A program made the translations under genes and the position numbers. Source: Octopus bimaculoides (taxonomy: Eukaryota). From it: 56,743 bases of DNA. Shown piece after piece: positions 50,589 through 56,743 of this stretch. A model generated the notes under the pieces. The model worked only from the letters and a program-made list of their open reading frames with translations, searched no databases and was not told where the DNA came from. The stretch is taken from contig NC_068984.1 in NCBI RefSeq assembly GCF_001194135.2, forward strand, positions 112,378,676-112,435,418, read 5' to 3'. Each line of letters starts with the position of its first letter. Within the stretch, counting starts at the first letter, position 1.

Positions 50589-51352
50589 TATATAGGTATA
50601 TATATATATATGCATTGAAGAAAAACTTTACTCGAAACGTAAAACCACCTTTCTTTCCTCCCCTGAGTGTCTGCTAATACTTTGCATGTACTATGTCCTC
50701 ATGTTGTTTTTTTCTTGAGTTTCTTCTTCGTTTATACATATATATATAAACATATATATACACATGTATGCATAGAGAGATCGATATACTTACATACATA
50801 TAAATATATATGTGTATATATATATATACACATATATATGCTTATATATATACATTTATATATATATATGTATATACATATATGTATATACATAAACGCA
50901 TACATCATCATCATCATCGTCATCATACGCCCATTTCCCATACTGGCATGGGTTGACAATGAATACACGTATAAGTCACATATTCATATTTGTACGTATG
51001 CATCGTAGAACTCCACTTTCATTAATACATATGTTGAGTCTGTATAGTGTACAAGAGAAAAGTACACACAAACAGAAACATATATATCTACATATACCTG
51101 TTGTAATAAATCTGAGTGCTTGCTCTCTGTCTCTGTTTTTACTTTACCATGATTTATTTCTCTGTAACAACTAAAGTATGTTGCTCATTATATATTCAAC
51201 ATGTCTTTCTTCTTCATATGGCCTTCATTTTTGCCATTTCAAATTTTAAAAGTGAGTCCAATATGTATTGTGTAATTTTTTTTATATTTGTAATTTTAAA
51301 TATATTTCATGCTATGTATCCCTACTCTAGTACTCCTTCTCTATCTCAGTGC

Positions 51353-51384
<32 letters not shown>

Positions 51385-51520
51385 TACATACATGTATACA
51401 TATATACACATGTATATGTTGATATATATATACACACACATATATATATATTGATATATATATGTATGTTTGTATATATTTATAAATTTTTATATGTATT
51501 TATATATGCATATACATTCA

Positions 51521-51574
<54 letters not shown>

Positions 51575-53790
51575 NNNNNNNNNNNNNNNNNNNNNNNNNN
51601 NNNNNNNNNNNNNNNNNNNNNNNNNNNNNNNNNNNNNNNNNNNNNNNNNNNNNNNNNNNNNNNNNNNNNNNNNNNNNNNNNNNNNNNNNNNNNNNNNNNN
51701 NNNNNNNNNNNNNNNNNNNNNNNNNNNNNNNNNNNNNNNNNNNNNNNNNNNNNNNNNNNNNNNNNNNNNNNNNNNNNNNNNNNNNNNNNNNNNNNNNNNN
51801 NNNNNNNNNNNNNNNNNNNNNNNNNNNNNNNNNNNNNNNNNNNNNNNNNNNNNNNNNNNNNNNNNNNNNNNNNNNNNNNNNNNNNNNNNNNNNNNNNNNN
51901 NNNNNNNNNNNNNNNNNNNNNNNNNNNNNNNNNNNNNNNNNNNNNNNNNNNNNNNNNNNNNNNNNNNNNNNNNNNNNNNNNNNNNNNNNNNNNNNNNNNN
52001 NNNNNNNNNNNNNNNNNNNNNNNNNNNNNNNNNNNNNNNNNNNNNNNNNNNNNNNNNNNNNNNNNNNNNNNNNNNNNNNNNNNNNNNNNNNNNNNNNNNN
52101 NNNNNNNNNNNNNNNNNNNNNNNNNNNNNNNNNNNNNNNNNNNNNNNNNNNNNNNNNNNNNNNNNNNNNNNNNNNNNNNNNNNNNNGTGTAAAAAAAAAA
52201 AAAAAAAAAAAAACCCTAAACATTTCTATATTGTTTTCACATGCCTTTTTGTATTTCACCATCAGTAGGAAGATTTGGCTTTTGTAAATCTGTGCATTTA
52301 TATATTGTTGGAGGTGGTGTTTTGTACTCTGGGATGCCCTTCTTATTGTTAACCACTTCACTAAGGAAAATAAGAGTTGTTGTTCTTGTGTAACCCCAGC
52401 TCATTTCTTTATTTTTCCCTATTGACCAGCCCAGTGGATCAAAAACAGTGGTCTGCTCAATGTTTTGCCTCACCACTTTGTTGATTTCTTTCTTTGTCTA
52501 TGTGATTCAGATGCTGCATTCACGATTGTAAGATTGCAGTTTCAATTTCCAAGTAGGGCGGTGAAGCATAATATATCTAAGTGAAGGTTTTTGTAGCTTA
52601 AAGATTAGGGTGTTGAACTCACATTTGCAAGATTATGATTTCAATTCCCAAACAGGGTGATGAAGTATATCTAAGTGAAGGTGTGTGTAGTTTAGAGATA
52701 AGGGTTTTGCATTCATGATTGCATAATTGAGGTTTCGATTTCCAGATTGGGCGGTAGATTGTATTAACGAGCTAAACGCTTTATTTCATATTGCTCCAAT
52801 CCACTCAGCTGTATATCATTCTGTGACAGTCTGGCATCTTATTCAGGAGGAAAGGTTGTGATCTTGGTCCTTATACACTGTGGAATCTGGGTAACCAGTC
52901 CTATGAGCCATAGAACTCAAGACAGTATAGAACTCAATCATAGTATATCTAGGACTGTATTATCTATTAAGTCTTTTTATTTTTCATTTTTGATAAGATG
53001 GTTGCATGGATTATGAGGGTGATTTGCCAATTGTTTCTATCAGGCGGTGAAACAACATGGAGACTACCTAGTTAGGTAAGAGCAGTAGATGTAGAACCAG
53101 TTTATGCCAGTCATTAAAAATGAAGCAAATTGAATAATATTAATTAAGCCATATTCTTATGCAAAATTATAATGACTGGAATAACATAAGGTTTGAAATC
53201 CTGATCACATAGGATACAACTATTATACCAAAGTATAAAATATTTTATGAAATTTTCAATGAAATATTTTTCAAGAATTTATCTGTAATTAAATTTAAAG
53301 TGTCACAAATTATAAGCCCATCTACTTTAATCAGTCAAAATCTATAGCCTACATAGACTATGGCTACACAGTAAGACTTAGCCATGCCATTCTAACTCTC
53401 CAAGACATAAGCCAACCCTAAGTTCTGTACGCACTTCCTTTTCCTCCATTTCTTGGTGTTGTTGCACAACCAATTAGGTTCTTCCTGTTTGTATCCAAAC
53501 AATTTTATTTTCTTTAGTTTTTTTTTTTTATTGTCTCATTTCATACATCTAAATATATTTATTAAATCTAAAAAAAGGATATTTAAGAAAACAAAAAAAT
53601 ACACAACAAATTGTATTAGTCTCTGTTAAACAGTTGATTTAGTGAAAGGGAATAATTAAATCGCCATCAGGAAAATGACTCCTATTTAATCTATTGACCA
53701 CCACAGAAGAATGAAAAAGCAAAATTAACATTGGCCAGATTTTAACCTAGAATGAAAAGGAATTTATTTCTATCTACAAGCATATATTAA

Positions 53791-54013
53791 CCCTTTTGTT
53801 ACTGTATTTATTTTGAGATGTTCTGTGCTTCTTTCAATTAATTTTAAATATAACAGAGAATTTAGTAAAATAACTTAGTTATCATTAAGCTGGTTTTAGG
53901 AACATAAATTTGTGACTAAGGTTTGGTGGAAGATTTTAATTCAAAACTTATGAAAACAAGTCATTTGTACTACAGAGCCAGAGGCGGTTTCAGCCAGGTT
54001 GGTATCAAAAGGG
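53791..54013 (+). mobile_element. piggyBac-like (TTAA) MITE, best-preserved copy
   Basis: TTAA|CCCTTTTG ... CAAAAGGG|TTAA (TTAA at 53787-90 and 54014-17). Confidence 0.88.
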
Positions 54014-55564
54014 TTAATCACACATGCATATATATATATGTGTGTATGTGTGTGCTTAAAGATATCTATATGTCAGCTTGGCCACTGTGGTCTAGGAATC
54101 ACTAACAAAATGACAGAGGCATTTATCCCTTCATATATTGATAGGTTCTGCTTCTTTCCGCTGACTCCTCAGCTCTAATTAGTGATATGTAATTAGATAC
54201 AGCTTCAAGAGGCCAAACACGGACACACCCTGAAGAGCAGATGCCATATGGGTTCCTTTTGTCTTCTTGAAATGACAACTCTTTCACTTGGCATCTCCAT
54301 TATAAACAATCTTCACAGCAATCAATTTTTTAAATTACTGCAAAACAAAGTATCTGCCAAATTTAAGTGTCTGTGTCCCCTAGAGTAGTTCTTGTAGACA
54401 TACATTTAAAGCTCTTTCCCTAAGAAGATTATAAAATTGTAACTTTACTTTTCAAACTGCCGGAGATGCATTAGTTCTCACTCAGCCAGTCAACAAACTG
54501 TCTCCTTGTGCTACATGCACATATCATTGCATAACTAAATTTTTTTTTAAGCCTTTATTGATTCTAAATAAAGCTATCCTTAAAAAAAAAAAACAAACAA
54601 AAAAAACACCATCACCTGTCAAAGAAATCAATTTTTATTTATAGTTTTTATATCATTCACATTTGTTCATGCCAAATTTTGATACAGTATTTTCCACTTT
54701 ATATCTGCCACTCACAAACAGAGTAACGTAAAAGTTTTAAGTTAAATTGAACCAACTCTAGAAATCAAATGAAAATGAAGAAAGTTTTCTTCTTTATATT
54801 TTGCATTTTTCAGTCTCAGTTATTGATTAAATTTGTGAAGTCTGTAAATTAACAGGAAGTTGTCTTTATTTATTCTTTATGCAATCAGATTGTTCAAAGA
54901 TGAAGCTTAAGTCCTTTAGAATTTAGGCGTCCCAAGGACTTTTGTAGATTAAATTAGATATACTTTACTTGTTGCTGGCCTGGGCCATATCAAACTCAGT
55001 AGTACTGCTTAGAGTTGTCTTTTAAGTCAGGTTTTAAGACATTATAGCCCACTGAAGTTGAGAGTCGTTGTTTGTCAAAACATTTCCAAGTGTTGGTGGT
55101 TTGTCTGGTAGTTCCTGGAGGAATTTATCCCGGTATTATTTGAATGTTATGGGTTTTTTTTCTTCATTGATTTCTCTCATGATAATGTTGAATAAGACGA
55201 AGCTGACTGAGGTAAAAAAAAATGTTGTGTCATAATATTGCTATGTGATGTGAGATTGGTTTTTGTTGGGGGCTTATGGTGGTAGGGTTGACCAAATACT
55301 GACTGACTTGTGAACTTAATACCAACATTGGACAATTTTTATGCAATATTTTTCACATTGGACAAATGATGTGGCTCTTGTGGTGGCTTTTGAGAGAGTA
55401 GAATTTAAAACTTTTGAGGTAATAACAATATTTAGGGCCTGTCATGTCATTTATTCCTTTTCTTTACTTTTTTGATAATCTGGCTCTTGGGTTCTTCTTG
55501 TCACGTATCATATTGCTTTGTGCACAGAGACCATAGTGAGCAGGAATATTCAGAACGAGATGTA

Positions 55565-55765
55565 AGGTAGCAAGCTGGCCGAACCATTAGCGTGTTGGGC
55601 AAAATGCTTAGCAAAATTTTGTTTGTCTTCACATTCTGAGATTAAATTCCACTTGGGTCGACTTTGCCTTTCATCCTTTTGTGGTCAATAAAATAAGTAC
55701 CAGTTGAGCACTGGGGTTGATGTAATTGATCTAGTCCTACCCTGAAATTGCTGGCTTTTTGCCAA
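55565..55765 (+). mobile_element. SINE family S2, degraded
   Basis: gcaagctggccgaaccattagc...gtcgactttgcctttcatcc...agtaccagttgagcactgggg. Confidence 0.75.
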
Positions 55766-56499
55766 AAGTTAAAAATCAGTATCCAAGGTTAGATCTGACA
55801 AACATAGAGAAGAGAAAAACGATGGCCTGAAGATCCTGGACAAAAGTTTTCTAAGCATCTATGAGCACATGTTGCTGGTGATATCAACTTCAATGTAGGG
55901 TGCGATCCAGGTTAAGTTGTTATCCTCAGCTGCACCTAAGTTTCTGATGCTACCAGAAACTCACCCTGGGGAGGACTTATGTTACAAATGTAAGCCTTCT
56001 TAGATACACATCGATGAGTTGTTAATGATTCTATTCTGTTTGGTTTTCTTCTAATCAGAGCAGTCATTTTTTCGGATTTTACAATTTAAAAACAATTAGA
56101 TAGTTAAGATCAGCTTATTTCTATGACCAGGACCATTGTTTTTCCTTTTTCAATATATCTATCTTCATATGTCTGTGACTATCAAGTATGTTCCTTTATG
56201 TATCTGTACCTTTGAGAAAGTGATACACCAATTCTGTTTATTGCTAAACAACTGAACAGCGTTTAGCATTTTTAGAATGAGCAACAATGTAAACAGTGCA
56301 GTAATNNNNNNNNNNNNNNNNNNNNNNNNNNNNNNNNNNNNNNNNNNNNNNNNNNNNNNNNNNNNNNNNNNNNNNNNNNNNNNNNNNNNNNNNNNNNNNN
56401 NNNNNCAAAATGATAAACAGGGTACAGAAAATACACAAGCCACATAGAGAACATTTCCTTCATTAGCTGCCACCATTATATCACTGGCGTTTCGAAGAG

Positions 56500-56548
<49 letters not shown>

Positions 56549-56743
56549 TCACACACATGTACACTCACATATATGTATATATACACATGCATACTCTTAC
56601 ATATATGTTTGAAAGTCATAAAGTGTGGTATACCCTGTTATTATATGTTTACCAAATTAAGTAAATTTTCACATTTTATGTCACTAAAATTTCTCTCTCT
56701 CTCTGTCTATATAAACATATATATACATATATATATATATATA

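Noticed and set aside
56484-56505. cgtttcg motif as another hammerhead half-core
   Set aside because: No CUGANGA or paired stems in register on either strand.
7131-56548. Long ORFs in the supplied track made of X, YI, HT, CV, SL or NN runs
   Set aside because: They are translations of N-gaps and microsatellites with no coding signal.

Overview
AT-rich, microsatellite-saturated eukaryotic draft-assembly window with about 15 N-gaps. It is probably from a coleoid cephalopod such as Octopus; this is inferred from repeat style and (TA)n/(CA)n/(TAA)n density, not from a database check. The only host coding sequence I can support is one 204-nt exon (6855-7058, + strand) encoding the MADS-box/MEF2 domain (residues about 19-86) of a MEF2 transcription factor. 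The rest appears to be its flanking introns, filled with tRNA-derived SINEs, LINE 3' remnants (R4/Dong-like, RTE), an internally deleted DD37D-type Tc1/mariner, and Tc1/mariner-, piggyBac- and hAT-like MITEs. The most striking signal is a set of at least four unrelated short repeat families carrying minimal type I hammerhead ribozyme (HHR) motifs. One is a 358-bp-period tandem with two HHRs (retrozyme-like). Two insertions pair an HHR unit with its own inverted copy between 13-14 bp target-site duplications (116-bp arms; perfect 101-bp arms). There are also single and degenerate copies. All HHR folds were made by eye and none is experimentally shown to cleave. Most ORFs in the supplied track are microsatellite or N-gap artefacts.
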